A stretch of DNA of 64,000 nucleotides from contig JACPTQ010000072.1 of the NCBI GenBank assembly GCA_016192705.1, positions 6,611 to 70,610 of the forward strand, given 5' to 3'. Both the position numbers and the translations under genes were made by a program. Below the pieces are notes generated by a model. It did no database searches. It was given only the letters and a program-made list of their open reading frames with translations, and had not been told where the DNA came from. Shown one piece after another: positions 38,067 through 47,644 of the stretch (positions are counted from its first letter, which is position 1; each line of letters starts with the position of its first letter). The DNA is from Deltaproteobacteria bacterium. Its GTDB lineage: Bacteria; Myxococcota; JACPTQ01.

Positions 38067-39448
38067 ACGTTGGCGCACGATTCGCTATGATGCGGACGCG
38101 CATGAAAAAGCCGACCGCGGAATACGAAACCGTCATCTTGGGCGCGGGGCTCGCGGGGCTTTCCGCGGCGCTTCACTTGGAGCGCGATTACATTGTCGTG
38201 GAACAGGGCGCGGCCGTCGGCGGTCTTGCGCAAACGGATGTCGTTGACGGTTTCTACTTCGATCGCACGGGGCACTGGCTCCACCTGCGCGACCCGGGGA
38301 TCAAGGCGATGGTCGATGAGTTTATTGGCCATCGACTGGTGAACGTCGTTCGCAAGAGCAAGATTTTTTCGCACGGCGTTTACACGCACTACCCATTTCA
38401 AGCGAACACGTACGGACTCCCGCCGAAGGTCGTCGAAGAATGCCTGCTCGGATTCATCACGGCACCCGCTCGTACGGCACCCGCCCGCGGTCTCAAGAGG
38501 CTGCGCGACCCGAAAAATTTTGAAGAGTTCATCTTTTTTCATTTCGGCGAAGGGATCGCGCGACACTTTATGATCCCTTACAACACGAAGCTTTGGGGTG
38601 TGCCGCCGCGCGAGATCACAAGCGAGTGGTGTTCGCGCTTTGTGCCGCGCCCGACGATCGATGAGGTTGTTCGCGGTGCACTCGGGTTGTCGCGCGAGCA
38701 GATTGGCTACAACGCAACTTACCTCTATCCGAAGGACGCGGGGATCGATGTCTTGCCGCAAGCCCTCGCCGTGCGCGTGTCGCCGCTGCGACTCTCGACG
38801 AGCGCCGTGGCCATCGACCTCGCGCGGCGCCAAGTCACACTGTCGTCTGGCGAAACGCTCGCGTATCGCCACCTCATTTCGACGCTGCCATTGCCCGCGC
38901 TCGTCGCGATGTCGCGTCCGGTCACGGCGACAATTCGGACGCTCGCAAAAAAACTTCGGCACACCTCGGTCATGTTCGCGAACTTCGGCGTGCGCGGTCG
39001 GGCGCCGATCGACTCACAGTGGATCTACTATCCCGAGACGCGATTCCCCTTTTACCGCGCGGGAATCCCGACGAACGCCGTCGCTGCGCTCGCTCCGCCC
39101 GGCCACTACTCGCTTTACGTCGAAGTCTCTCATCGCGGCGAGCTGGTTGCGGACAAAGTGCTTCCGGCGCTTCGGGCCGCGGTCGTCGATGCGGGACTCG
39201 TCTGCGACGCGCGCGACATTGTCGTCGAGCGGATGTGTAACATTCCGTGTGCGTATGTGATTTTTGATGACAACTACTTTCGGGGCGTGCGGACGATCTT
39301 GCCGTGGCTCGCGCGACAAGGGGTTCTCTCGACGGGGCGATACGGAAAGTGGACGTATTGTTCCATGGAAGACGCCATGATGATGGGGCGCGAGGCGGCC
39401 GCCGACGTACGACGCGGCGCACGGGGGCGGAGGGCGAGAAAAAAATGA
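38063..39448 (+). CDS. FAD-dependent oxidoreductase, amine-oxidase / UDP-galactopyranose-mutase-like fold
   Basis: ATG at 38063 overlaps the accD stop (ATGA). Rossmann motif VILGAGLAGLSAALHL; C-terminal GRYGKWTYCSMEDAM resembles the UGM C-terminus. The upstream part of the 606-aa ORF lies in another frame over accD and is discarded. Confidence 0.55.
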   Translation: MNVGARFAMMRTRMKKPTAEYETVILGAGLAGLSAALHLERDYIVVEQGAAVGGLAQTDVVDGFYFDRTGHWLHLRDPGIKAMVDEFIGHRLVNVVRKSKIFSHGVYTHYPFQANTYGLPPKVVEECLLGFITAPARTAPARGLKRLRDPKNFEEFIFFHFGEGIARHFMIPYNTKLWGVPPREITSEWCSRFVPRPTIDEVVRGALGLSREQIGYNATYLYPKDAGIDVLPQALAVRVSPLRLSTSAVAIDLARRQVTLSSGETLAYRHLISTLPLPALVAMSRPVTATIRTLAKKLRHTSVMFANFGVRGRAPIDSQWIYYPETRFPFYRAGIPTNAVAALAPPGHYSLYVEVSHRGELVADKVLPALRAAVVDAGLVCDARDIVVERMCNIPCAYVIFDDNYFRGVRTILPWLARQGVLSTGRYGKWTYCSMEDAMMMGREAAADVRRGARGRRARKK

Positions 39449-40233
39449 AGGCTGAAGCACCAGCGATCAAAGGGGCCGGGAGTAAGAAGAGAATGGGCGC
39501 GGCGCGGGCAAAGAGGGCGTCTCTGGCGGCGCCTCGGCTTTCGATCGTCATCCCGGTCTACAATGAGCACGCCATTATGGCGGATGCGGTCGCGGGGCTT
39601 CGCGAGAAGCTCGCGGAGTGGGGGGTAACGTACGAAATCATTTTGTCGGAAAACGGGAGCCGCGACGAAACGCTCGCCATCGCCAATCGCATCGCTGAAA
39701 AACACGCCGACGTGCGCGTCCTGCACACCGAAGAGGCGAATTACGGGAAAGCGCTCAGGCGTGGCATTCAGGATGCGCGTGCGGATGTGGTCGTGTGCGA
39801 CGAGATCGATTTGTGCGACGTCGACTTTCACCGGCGCGCGCTTGAACTTCTCGAGTCGGGCGAGGCCGATTTCGTGGTGGGTTCGAAGCGTCTCGCCGAT
39901 TCGGACGACGAGCGCCCCGCGTATCGACAGCTCGCGACGTACGTGTTCAACGGGCTCTTGCGCGTGATGCTCGGCTTTCATGGGACCGACACGCATGGGC
40001 TTAAAGCGTTTCGGCGCGAGACGGTTTTGGCGACGGTGCGGGAGTGCCTTGTCGACCGCGACCTTTTCGCGAGCGAGCTCGTGATTCGCTCGGAACACGC
40101 GGGCCTCCGCATGCGTGAAATCCCCGTGCGCGTCATCGAGAAGCGGCCACCGTCGGTCAACTTGTTTAAGCGCGTGCCGAACGTGCTGAAGAACCTCGTG
40201 CGGCTCTTCGTCGCAATTCGCATTCGCGGGTGA
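39445..40233 (+). CDS. family 2 glycosyltransferase (polyprenyl-phosphate sugar transferase-like)
   Basis: LSIVIPVYNEH...SENGSRDET... DXD-type GT2 signature; ATGA overlap with the upstream gene. Confidence 0.7.
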   Translation: MKAEAPAIKGAGSKKRMGAARAKRASLAAPRLSIVIPVYNEHAIMADAVAGLREKLAEWGVTYEIILSENGSRDETLAIANRIAEKHADVRVLHTEEANYGKALRRGIQDARADVVVCDEIDLCDVDFHRRALELLESGEADFVVGSKRLADSDDERPAYRQLATYVFNGLLRVMLGFHGTDTHGLKAFRRETVLATVRECLVDRDLFASELVIRSEHAGLRMREIPVRVIEKRPPSVNLFKRVPNVLKNLVRLFVAIRIRG

Positions 40234-41162
40234 TGGGCGCGCGCCTCGCCTCGATCTCGGTCGACGTCGATTCGCTTCATCATTACCTGCGCATTCACGG
40301 AAACGCCACGGGGGAACCGGACCGAAAGGTGTGGCGTCTCGCCATGCCGCGCTTTCTCGATCTCTTTGATGAGCACGATGTGCGTGCGACGTTTTTTGTC
40401 GTGGGTGAAGAAGCGTCGTGGAACAGCGAGATGCTGCGCGTCCTCGCCAGCCTCGGACACGAAATCGCAAATCACAGCTTTCGCCACCTTTACGACCTGT
40501 GGCAACAGCCCGCCTTGGTTCAGCAGGATGAGATCGCACACGCCCATGACGCCATCGCAGCCGCCTGTGGCGTTGCGCCCGTTGGATTTCGCGCGCCGGG
40601 ATACAGCGTATCGGAATCGCTTCTCGACGCCGTGCGTGCCCTGGGCTACCGCTACGATTCGTCGGTTTTCCCAGCTGTGCCGTACTACCTCGCTAAAGCC
40701 GCGGTGATCGCGTCACAGCGCCTCCTTTCGCGCCCCGTTGGGTCGTCGCTCGGACCCGCGAAGGTTCTCGCCGCGCCGCGACACCCGTACTTTCCGGACC
40801 CGCACAACTGGCGACGCCGTGCGCGATCGGGCTCGTTCGTTGAATTGCCGATACCCGTTGTGCCGCCCTTAGCGTTTCCCTACATCGGCACCACGATCCT
40901 CACCACGCCGCGCCCTGTATTTCGCTGGCTAACGCGCGCCGTGTGCGCGCGATACGACTATGTCAACGTTGAGCTGCACGGGATTGAACTTCTCGATTTC
41001 GCGGCCGATTCCATCGATCCGCGGCTTCGCAAACAGCCAGATTTGCAAATCCCGTTCGTCGAAAAGCGAGAACGGCTCATCGAGCTCTTCTCGATCCTTC
41101 GCCGCGAGGGATTTGAGATCGTGCCCATTCGCGAAGCGGCATCCCGCGTCGCCATTGGATAA
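40230..41162 (+). CDS. polysaccharide deacetylase (CE4 / NodB homology)
   Basis: DVRATFFVVGEE and NHSFRHLYDL motifs; ATGA overlap with the GT2 gene. Confidence 0.75.
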   Translation: MMGARLASISVDVDSLHHYLRIHGNATGEPDRKVWRLAMPRFLDLFDEHDVRATFFVVGEEASWNSEMLRVLASLGHEIANHSFRHLYDLWQQPALVQQDEIAHAHDAIAAACGVAPVGFRAPGYSVSESLLDAVRALGYRYDSSVFPAVPYYLAKAAVIASQRLLSRPVGSSLGPAKVLAAPRHPYFPDPHNWRRRARSGSFVELPIPVVPPLAFPYIGTTILTTPRPVFRWLTRAVCARYDYVNVELHGIELLDFAADSIDPRLRKQPDLQIPFVEKRERLIELFSILRREGFEIVPIREAASRVAIG

Positions 41163-41199
41163 TCGCGCGGCCAGCCCTTACAGTATTTGGTAGAGAGGA

Positions 41200-41781
41200 A
41201 TGCAACCACAAAGACACACGGACACTGGGATTTTATGGAGGGGATTCTCTTTTGAGATCCACTTCCCTGTGCTTCAGCGCTCGCTGTCTCTGTGCCGCTT
41301 TGGTTGCATTTTCGTAGTCTTGTCTTGCGCCGTCCCAGCGCCGATCGACGGCCCGGCCGATGAGACGGCCGCATCGCCTCGCATCGTCTGGACAACCGTC
41401 GACCCGCCTGTCGGACTCGTGTCCATCAACCAGAGCGCGACATCGACCGAGTTTCGTATCATTCAAGTCGATGACCCGAACGTCGCCGACAAGTTGACCA
41501 TTCGATTCTTTGTCGACTACCACCGCGACACAACGATTCAACGCGAGTTCACGCTGCTCGCCGACCCCGGCTCGACGACCCCGACAATTCGCACGGGCGT
41601 GATTTTCAGTGCCCCGACCGCTCTCTTCGGGTCGAACCCCACCGCTTCGGCGCACCTCGTCGAGGCGATCGTAAGCGATCGCGGCTTTTCGGATACGGGG
41701 CAAACGACGAACATCAATCGGAACGTGCCGTCCGACGCACGCACCGATTACATCGCGTGGACCGTCCAGGTGGTCCCATGA
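41200..41781 (+). CDS. hypothetical protein, possible secreted/lipoprotein
   Basis: 193-aa ORF; hydrophobic N-terminal region with possible lipobox (VVLSC); no recognised domain. Confidence 0.3.
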   Translation: MQPQRHTDTGILWRGFSFEIHFPVLQRSLSLCRFGCIFVVLSCAVPAPIDGPADETAASPRIVWTTVDPPVGLVSINQSATSTEFRIIQVDDPNVADKLTIRFFVDYHRDTTIQREFTLLADPGSTTPTIRTGVIFSAPTALFGSNPTASAHLVEAIVSDRGFSDTGQTTNINRNVPSDARTDYIAWTVQVVP

Positions 41782-43442
41782 TGCTGCGCGCAAAATCGTC
41801 GACCGCGCACCGGCCCTGGGCGACGCGCTTCTCTGGTCCGCGGTCTTCGGCGCGCCGTTTCGCGCTTGTCTTTATGATGCTCCCGCTCGCCCTTCTTGGC
41901 GCGTGCCTCCTACGCCTCACGTCACAGAAGTCGGCGTTTCGAATCCCGGAGTGCTCCTTTGCGTCGTCTTGCCCAAGTGGGTTCACCTGCACGAACGGCT
42001 ATTGCGTTTCCGCGGACACCGCAAACTCTCTCACCGTCGACGTTCAACTTTCGCCGGGCACATCAAGTGGTTTCTTGCGTCCGGTGCAGATGACCTCACA
42101 GAACTTGTCGCAATTAACCTCCGCGACTCTTCCGACCTTTGTGCTCGCGTCACCCGTGAACGTCACGGGTTCAGTTGCCGTTCCGGCCGACGCTTCGGTG
42201 TTGCCGACATCGATTGAAATCGTCGCCGAGCGGCCGGGCGCTATCGCCGGCACCATCGCTCGCTTCTCAACGTTCGCGCAAAAAACACCCGCTGCCGAAT
42301 GGACATACACGCTTGCGGTGTTACCCGGAACGTACGCATTCACCGTCACACCGAAAGACGCGCCGTCTCCGCCGGTGACCGTTCTGGATGCTTCGATAAC
42401 CGAATCGACGTCGCAAACCTTCACACTCACCGATCCAGCCGCGCTCATCGAAGTCCGGGGGCGCGTCGTCCAAGTGGGAAGCGAGGTTGCGACGGTCGGC
42501 GGGTTGACCGTGCAAATCATCGACGAAGCGGCGCAAATCCGATCGACAACCGCAACGACCGCCGCGGACGGGACGTTCACGGTTTGGATCGCGCCCGGCG
42601 CCACAGAGGCATTACTTCAGGTGCGCGGAACCGAAGCGAGCGGCCTTTACCCGGCGGTTGATGTCGATGCCGGAATCGTTGCCGCGGGATTCTCTGCGGG
42701 CGACGTGAGCTTGGGCGATCTGTCGGGCGGCCGCGTGTCGACAACGTTTCGCGTGCTTGCGTCGGATGGCGGCGCGGTGCCGAATGCGCGCGTTCGTTCG
42801 GTTGGAAGTATTGGGGCTGGCACTGTCACCGCGACAGGAACGACCGGATCGACCGGAGAATGGACCGTCGGTCTGTATCCCGGGAGTTACGTCGCCGAAG
42901 TTGCGCCACCCTCCGGCGCCGGCTCGGCATCGGCGCGAAGCAGCGTCTCCGTGAGCCCGTCTGGAAATACCGTCGTCGTGACACTTCCCGACAAGGTTCT
43001 AATCTCGTTGTCGGTCGCGTCTTCTGTGGGTGACCCCGTCGCTTATGCGCCGATCTCGCTCCGGCGCGTCGGCGAGCTCGATGCGTCGGCGGCCCCGTGG
43101 GTTATCGACGAGATCGCAGCGACAACAGACTCCAACGGGCGGGCGGCGGTCCTTGTCGATCCGGGTCGATTCGACGTGTCTGTGACGCCGGTGCCGTCCA
43201 CGCGTTTACCCGCGACGACGATAGAGGGAGCCTTCTTCTCGTCGGGAGGCGCGCTCCCGATCACGTTGCCGCGCGGTCTCACCGTCACCGGTCTTGTTAT
43301 CGGTCCCGACGCTTTTTATGTCGCCGACGTTCTCGTTGAGTTTTTTGCGTCGACGCCCGACGCGTCGGTCACGCCGCCCGTTCTTGCGTCGACCGTCTCG
43401 GCGTCGGATGGAACGTTTGTCGTCACGCTGCCAAATCCGTAG
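41757..43442 (+). CDS. hypothetical lipoprotein with repeated carboxypeptidase-regulatory-like beta domains
   Basis: Signal peptide/lipobox (LALLGAC), Cys-rich motif CPSGFTCTNGYC, and repeated motifs of the kind GTYAFTVTPKD / GSYVAEVAPPSG / GRFDVSVTPVPS. Confidence 0.45.
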   Translation: MDRPGGPMMLRAKSSTAHRPWATRFSGPRSSARRFALVFMMLPLALLGACLLRLTSQKSAFRIPECSFASSCPSGFTCTNGYCVSADTANSLTVDVQLSPGTSSGFLRPVQMTSQNLSQLTSATLPTFVLASPVNVTGSVAVPADASVLPTSIEIVAERPGAIAGTIARFSTFAQKTPAAEWTYTLAVLPGTYAFTVTPKDAPSPPVTVLDASITESTSQTFTLTDPAALIEVRGRVVQVGSEVATVGGLTVQIIDEAAQIRSTTATTAADGTFTVWIAPGATEALLQVRGTEASGLYPAVDVDAGIVAAGFSAGDVSLGDLSGGRVSTTFRVLASDGGAVPNARVRSVGSIGAGTVTATGTTGSTGEWTVGLYPGSYVAEVAPPSGAGSASARSSVSVSPSGNTVVVTLPDKVLISLSVASSVGDPVAYAPISLRRVGELDASAAPWVIDEIAATTDSNGRAAVLVDPGRFDVSVTPVPSTRLPATTIEGAFFSSGGALPITLPRGLTVTGLVIGPDAFYVADVLVEFFASTPDASVTPPVLASTVSASDGTFVVTLPNP

Positions 43443-43444
43443 CA

Positions 43445-43660
43445 GGGTGCGTAAAAACGCCCGCCGCGCGCTCCGGTTGGCTCCGCAGCTCCGCGCTCGC
43501 AGACCTTTTGGTCTGCTCGCTCTTCGGGCGTTTCGATGATCTTACGGAGAACCGAAAATCTCAGATGCGCCCTCAGAGTCGCTGCTGCACCAACCGTGCG
43601 CGCGGCGGGCGTTTCAGCCGCCCCCAGGGGCTTCAAAAGGGCATCTCCGCACCCTGCTAA
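43445..43660. other. nested inverted repeats (about 215 bp) in a convergent intergenic region; candidate bidirectional terminator or structured RNA
   Basis: Outer gcagggtgcg / cgcaccctgc; second layer acgcccgccgcgcgc / gcgcgcggcgggcgt; third ccggttgg...gcagc / gctgc...ccaaccg; inner hairpin gcagacc-tttt-ggtctgc. Confidence 0.35.
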
Positions 43661-44130
43661 CGGCGTAACGCGCGTCGAACGTTCCGCTCCGCCTCGCGCT
43701 TCGCGGTTGCTTCACGTTTATCGAACTGCTTTTTTCCCTTCGCCAAAAAGAACTCGACCTTCGCGCGGCCATCTTTGAAGTAGAGTGCTGTCGGAATAAG
43801 CGAGAAACCTTTTTCGGCGACATCGCGCGCCAGTCGATGCAGTTCTTGGCGATGCACCAAGATTTTTCGCGCGCGAAGCGGCGTGTGGTTGTTGTACGTC
43901 GCGTTCGGGTACTCGGCAATGTACGAGTTCACGAGAAAAAGTTCGCCACGTTCAATCGCCGCGTAAGAGTCGGTGAGGTTCGCCTTGCCATCGCGAAGCG
44001 ATTTCACTTCGCTCCCCGTGAGCACGAGCCCGCCCTCGTAGGCTTCGCTCAAGAAATAGTCGTGCCGCGCCTTGCGGTTCACGCAAACGATCTTCTCGCC
44101 CTGCTTTGACGGCGGTTCCTTAGCGCCCAC
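43657..44130 (-). CDS. smpB: SsrA-binding protein SmpB
   Basis: Strong match to SmpB (GEKIVCVNRKARHDYFLSEAYEGGLVLTGSEVKSLRDGKANLTDSYA...ILVHRQELHRL...FSLIPTALYFKDGRAKVEF). GTG start chosen at 44130 to give the expected 158 aa; the ORF-track start is further upstream and overlaps the MITE. Confidence 0.8.
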   Translation of the reverse strand: MGAKEPPSKQGEKIVCVNRKARHDYFLSEAYEGGLVLTGSEVKSLRDGKANLTDSYAAIERGELFLVNSYIAEYPNATYNNHTPLRARKILVHRQELHRLARDVAEKGFSLIPTALYFKDGRAKVEFFLAKGKKQFDKREATAKREAERNVRRALRR

Positions 44131-44181
44131 GGGGCGAGTCTGCCTGAACTGTGCGGTCTGCGTCCAGGGTTCGTGCGATTT

Positions 44182-44729
44182 CCTCGATCCCCGGATAAGC
44201 AGCCAGTTTTCTTCCTTACGTAGGGTCGGCAGGTGCCGCTTCGGCGCGCCGACGTCCTCGGGTCTGAACGGACTCGCGCGACAGAGCCGCTGTTCAGAGG
44301 TAAGCGAAAGCTCGGTGATCCCAGCCAATATTGCGCTGCAGACCCTGCGGAGGCGCGCCTATGCGAGCCTCTGCCGACCCCACGCAAATCCGGGCGGACC
44401 GCTTTCCGGAGACGCTTTTTCTGGGCTTGAGGGCGGTTCGAAGAGTTCACCCGCTGGGTATCAGCTGACGATCGATCGACTCCCAAGTCTCTGAACCGAG
44501 GGTTCTGGGAAACGGCTGGTTTCTGCTTGGGCGGGCGGGGATTGGGTGAGCGGCGGCTCGCGTCCGCAGGGGATGAGGTGCCGATGGGGCGTGGGATTGC
44601 CGTTCTCATGACGCTTGGTTCATTTCGTACAGACTCACATTTCATGTCAGACCCGAGGACTTCCGCGAGCCGGAGCGAGCCCAACCCCGACCGCCCCACT
44701 GAAGTCTTCTCCGTTATCCGGGGATCAGG
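44182..44729. mobile_element. MITE-like non-autonomous element, copy 1 (548 bp) with 16-17-bp terminal inverted repeats and 9-bp target-site duplication GTGCGATTT
   Basis: Ends CCTCGATCCCCGGATAAGC ... GCTTATCCGGGGATCAGG (imperfect inverse complements). Flanked by gtgcgattt at 44173-44181 and 44730-44738. No ORF with transposase features inside. About 90% identical to copy 2, with indels. Confidence 0.6.
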
Positions 44730-44771
44730 GTGCGATTTGCGGCGTCGCGCGATCGCGCGTAACATCCGCAA

Positions 44772-46046
44772 ATGACTTCGATGCGAGCAAAACTGAGACC
44801 GGATGCGAATGCGAAAAACGTGCGAGGACTAATCCCGCTCGAGCGCGCCCCTGGACTGTTCGACGCGCTCGACGTGGATGCGTGGCTTTTGACCGATTTT
44901 CGCGCCCAAAATCCGATTGCGGCGAACGTCGTCTTGCCCCGGGGACACACGACGCGGCGCTATTTTGTGATCGTTCCGCGAACGAATGTCGCGAAGACAA
45001 AACTCCTGCTCCACCGGATCGAGGCCGATAACTTCACGAACATCGTGGGCGAGAAACGATTCTATGCCTCTCGCGCGGAGCAGGACGAAGGGCTCAAGTG
45101 GCTTCTCGCAGGCGTCCAGCGCGTTGCCATGGAGTATTCGCCCAAGGGCGCTCTCCCGTACGTTTCGCGCGTCGACGCGGGTACCGTCGATCGCGTGCGC
45201 GCGCTCGGCATTGACGTTGTCTCGTCCGAAATGTTGGTTCAGCGGCTCCTCTCGCGCTTGACGCCGGCCGGCATCGCGTCACACCGTCGCGCCGCGGCGG
45301 CTCTCCACGACATTCAGGAAGCGGCGTTCTCGCGCATTCGCCGCGACGTTCGCGCGCGACGGAAACTCACCGAGTGGACGCTCTCGAAATGGATGGCCGC
45401 GGGGCTTTCAGCGCGCGGGATGGTTTTTGACGCCGAACCGATCGTCGCGATCAACGGTAACGCTGGGAGGCCTCACTATTCACCCGACGCCACACACGAT
45501 GCTCCGATCGGCGTGGGCGATCTTGTGCTGCTCGACTTATGGGCCAAGGAGAAAACGCCGGGCGCGATCTACGCCGACATCACGTGGGTTGGCTTCGTTG
45601 GCGACCGCGTGCCAGCCCGCTACGCCCGCGCATTCGCCACGATCGCCGCAGCGCGCGACGCGGTTGTCGACCACTTGAGATTAAAAGCACGCCCCACGGG
45701 CGCCGAGCTCGATGGCGTCTGTCGCGGCGTCATTCGGCAAGCGGGGGAGGGCGCCGCGTTCATTCATCGCACGGGGCACAGCATCGACACCGACGTGCAC
45801 GGCTCGGGCGTTCACATCGACGGTTTCGAGACGCACGATTCGCGCGTGGTTGAGCCGGGCTCTCTCTTTTCGGTTGAGCCGGGCCTTTATTACGACGACT
45901 TTGGCGTACGCACCGAGATCGATGTCCTCATGACGGCGGGCGGCCCCGAGGTAACAACCGGCACACCGCAGCGCGAGATTGTTCCTTTGTTCGCCGAGCG
46001 ATCCGAGCAAAAGCGCGCTTCAAGAAAGGATGCCGCGCGCGCGTGA
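44772..46046 (+). CDS. M24-family metallopeptidase (Xaa-Pro aminopeptidase / creatinase-like)
   Basis: C-terminal pita-bread domain motifs HRTGHSIDTDVHGSGVHI, VEPGLYYDDFGVRTEIDVLMT. Confidence 0.7.
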   Translation: MTSMRAKLRPDANAKNVRGLIPLERAPGLFDALDVDAWLLTDFRAQNPIAANVVLPRGHTTRRYFVIVPRTNVAKTKLLLHRIEADNFTNIVGEKRFYASRAEQDEGLKWLLAGVQRVAMEYSPKGALPYVSRVDAGTVDRVRALGIDVVSSEMLVQRLLSRLTPAGIASHRRAAAALHDIQEAAFSRIRRDVRARRKLTEWTLSKWMAAGLSARGMVFDAEPIVAINGNAGRPHYSPDATHDAPIGVGDLVLLDLWAKEKTPGAIYADITWVGFVGDRVPARYARAFATIAAARDAVVDHLRLKARPTGAELDGVCRGVIRQAGEGAAFIHRTGHSIDTDVHGSGVHIDGFETHDSRVVEPGSLFSVEPGLYYDDFGVRTEIDVLMTAGGPEVTTGTPQREIVPLFAERSEQKRASRKDAARA

Positions 46047-46930
46047 AGCTCCCGATTCCGTGGGGGCGACTCTCGCGGCGGAATGCGCGGCAACTCGTCG
46101 CCTTCCTCATTCTCGTTGGTGTCGTGCTCTATGTGCGCTCGCTGCTTGAAGCGGACGAAAAAATTCAGTCGTGGGAACAGCCGCTCGATGTGGCGGTCAT
46201 TCAACTCACGCCGGACGAGACGCCGATTCCAGATGAGTTCACGCGCACATTTTTTGCGCCGTCAAGCTACCCGGCCGATCGCGGGACGTCACTCCACGCG
46301 ATTCCGCGCTGGCTGCGGGACGAATCGGTTCGCCTCACCGGACGCGATCGAACCCTCATTCGCTTTCACCTTTTTGGGCCGACGGTCTTTCGCGAACCAC
46401 CACCAAAGCCGAGCGACAGTTTTTTCGGGCGCATCGTCGCCGGCTTTTCGTTTCGCTCCTACTTAAAGCGCGTCGCGACGGCGGCTTCGGTCGATCTTTC
46501 AAAGTTTCTCGTGAAGCTTGTTCTCGTCTACTACTCACCCGGAAAACCCGTCGACAAACATTCCGACTCGTACGGGTCGTTTCGTGACCACGCGGGGCTT
46601 GTCTACGTGCCAACGGCGATCGCCGACATCCCTTACAACGTCGCCGAAATCACGCACGAGCTGATGCACACGTTTGGCGCGAAGGACAAATACGACGGCC
46701 GCGCGACGGTTTTCCCGGGCGGATACGCGGAGCCATTTAAGGCGCCGCTTCTTCCTCAACGCTTCGCCGAGGTGATGGCCGGTGAGATTCCGCTTGCGCC
46801 GAATCGGTTGCGCCCGGTGCGCGGACTCGACGAGCTTCGCGTGGGGCACGAGACGGCGCTTGAGATCGGTTGGCTCGATGATGAGACGGTGCGTCGGTAT
46901 TACAAGGGGGGGCGACGAACCCGCGAATAG
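46043..46930 (+). CDS. hypothetical membrane-anchored protein with HExxH motif (possible zinc metalloprotease)
   Basis: N-terminal TM (LVAFLILVGVVLYV); HELMHTFGAKDKYDG contains an HExxH motif. Confidence 0.35.
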   Translation: MKLPIPWGRLSRRNARQLVAFLILVGVVLYVRSLLEADEKIQSWEQPLDVAVIQLTPDETPIPDEFTRTFFAPSSYPADRGTSLHAIPRWLRDESVRLTGRDRTLIRFHLFGPTVFREPPPKPSDSFFGRIVAGFSFRSYLKRVATAASVDLSKFLVKLVLVYYSPGKPVDKHSDSYGSFRDHAGLVYVPTAIADIPYNVAEITHELMHTFGAKDKYDGRATVFPGGYAEPFKAPLLPQRFAEVMAGEIPLAPNRLRPVRGLDELRVGHETALEIGWLDDETVRRYYKGGRRTRE

Positions 46931-46946
46931 CTGCCGCGCAAACGTT

Positions 46947-47570
46947 TCACCGCGCAGGATTCAGGAGGCATTGCCGCAACGAGGTCGTCTCGGTAAATCC
47001 GCAGCGTCCATCCGCCTGTTCTTTGCATTCAGCGGTTTGGTAACATGCATACTGTGGTTTCCAATCGCACAACCTCGACACAATTTCCTTGCCACAGTTT
47101 TCGCTGAAGCAACCGGCCTTGAGGCACTTGCCCGGCCGGGCCGGCTTCTTGACATACCACCATCGCGCAAAGCTTGGCGAAAGGCCGCCCTCGCCGATCG
47201 TCATTCGTCCGCCGTTCGGGCTCTTCGGGTGCTCCCGAAAGTTGAGACTGAAGTGCTCGAGCCAATTGCTCTCCTTCGACGTCGGGTAAAAAGTGCCGTT
47301 GGGAATTGGACAGGGCGAAGAGTTGCATCGCAAAATCCGTTTCATTCTCTTGAAGTGAACGAGGATTTTTCCCGCGGTCTTCATTTTTATGTCGTAAACC
47401 TCGGAATACCCCGGATCTTGGATCTTTTCGAAGCAGACTTCGGCGGGCTCGGCTTCGACGGCCGTCGTCGTTTCTGCGGCGATCCAATAGCATTCCTGGC
47501 GTCCATAAGCGTTTCCAGTGAGTGCAACGAGTAATCCGATAGCAATGACAGCACCTTGGCGCATCTTCAT
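46947..47570 (-). CDS. hypothetical secreted Cys-rich protein (lower GC than surroundings)
   Basis: Signal peptide MKMRQGAVIAIGLLVALTGNAYG, about 14 Cys in 207 aa. Local GC visibly lower (about 55%) than the roughly 67% surroundings. Confidence 0.45.
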   Translation of the reverse strand: MKMRQGAVIAIGLLVALTGNAYGRQECYWIAAETTTAVEAEPAEVCFEKIQDPGYSEVYDIKMKTAGKILVHFKRMKRILRCNSSPCPIPNGTFYPTSKESNWLEHFSLNFREHPKSPNGGRMTIGEGGLSPSFARWWYVKKPARPGKCLKAGCFSENCGKEIVSRLCDWKPQYACYQTAECKEQADGRCGFTETTSLRQCLLNPAR

Positions 47571-47644
47571 CCTCCCTTTCTGAGTCGCCTCCGAAAAACC
47601 GACTTTCCCAGCAGCCCGTTAGACGCGCAAGCTCGTTCGTTTAT

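Noticed and set aside
44182-44729. RNase P RNA or group II intron interpretation of the 0.5-kb repeated structured element
   Set aside because: Lacks the universally conserved P4 strands (GGAAAGUCCGGGCUCC / ACAGAAcCCGGCUUA) and the CR-II/III block. It has no intron domain V or reverse-transcriptase ORF. Its two copies, inverted termini and 9-bp flanking duplications fit a MITE better.
43442-44772. Expected a tmRNA (ssrA) gene next to smpB
   Set aside because: Neither flank shows the tRNA-like 3' end (GGUUCGAnUCC...CCA) or a tag reading frame ending in ...LAA-stop. The structured sequence upstream of smpB is instead a MITE with terminal inverted repeats and target duplications, and the downstream one is a palindromic terminator-like region.
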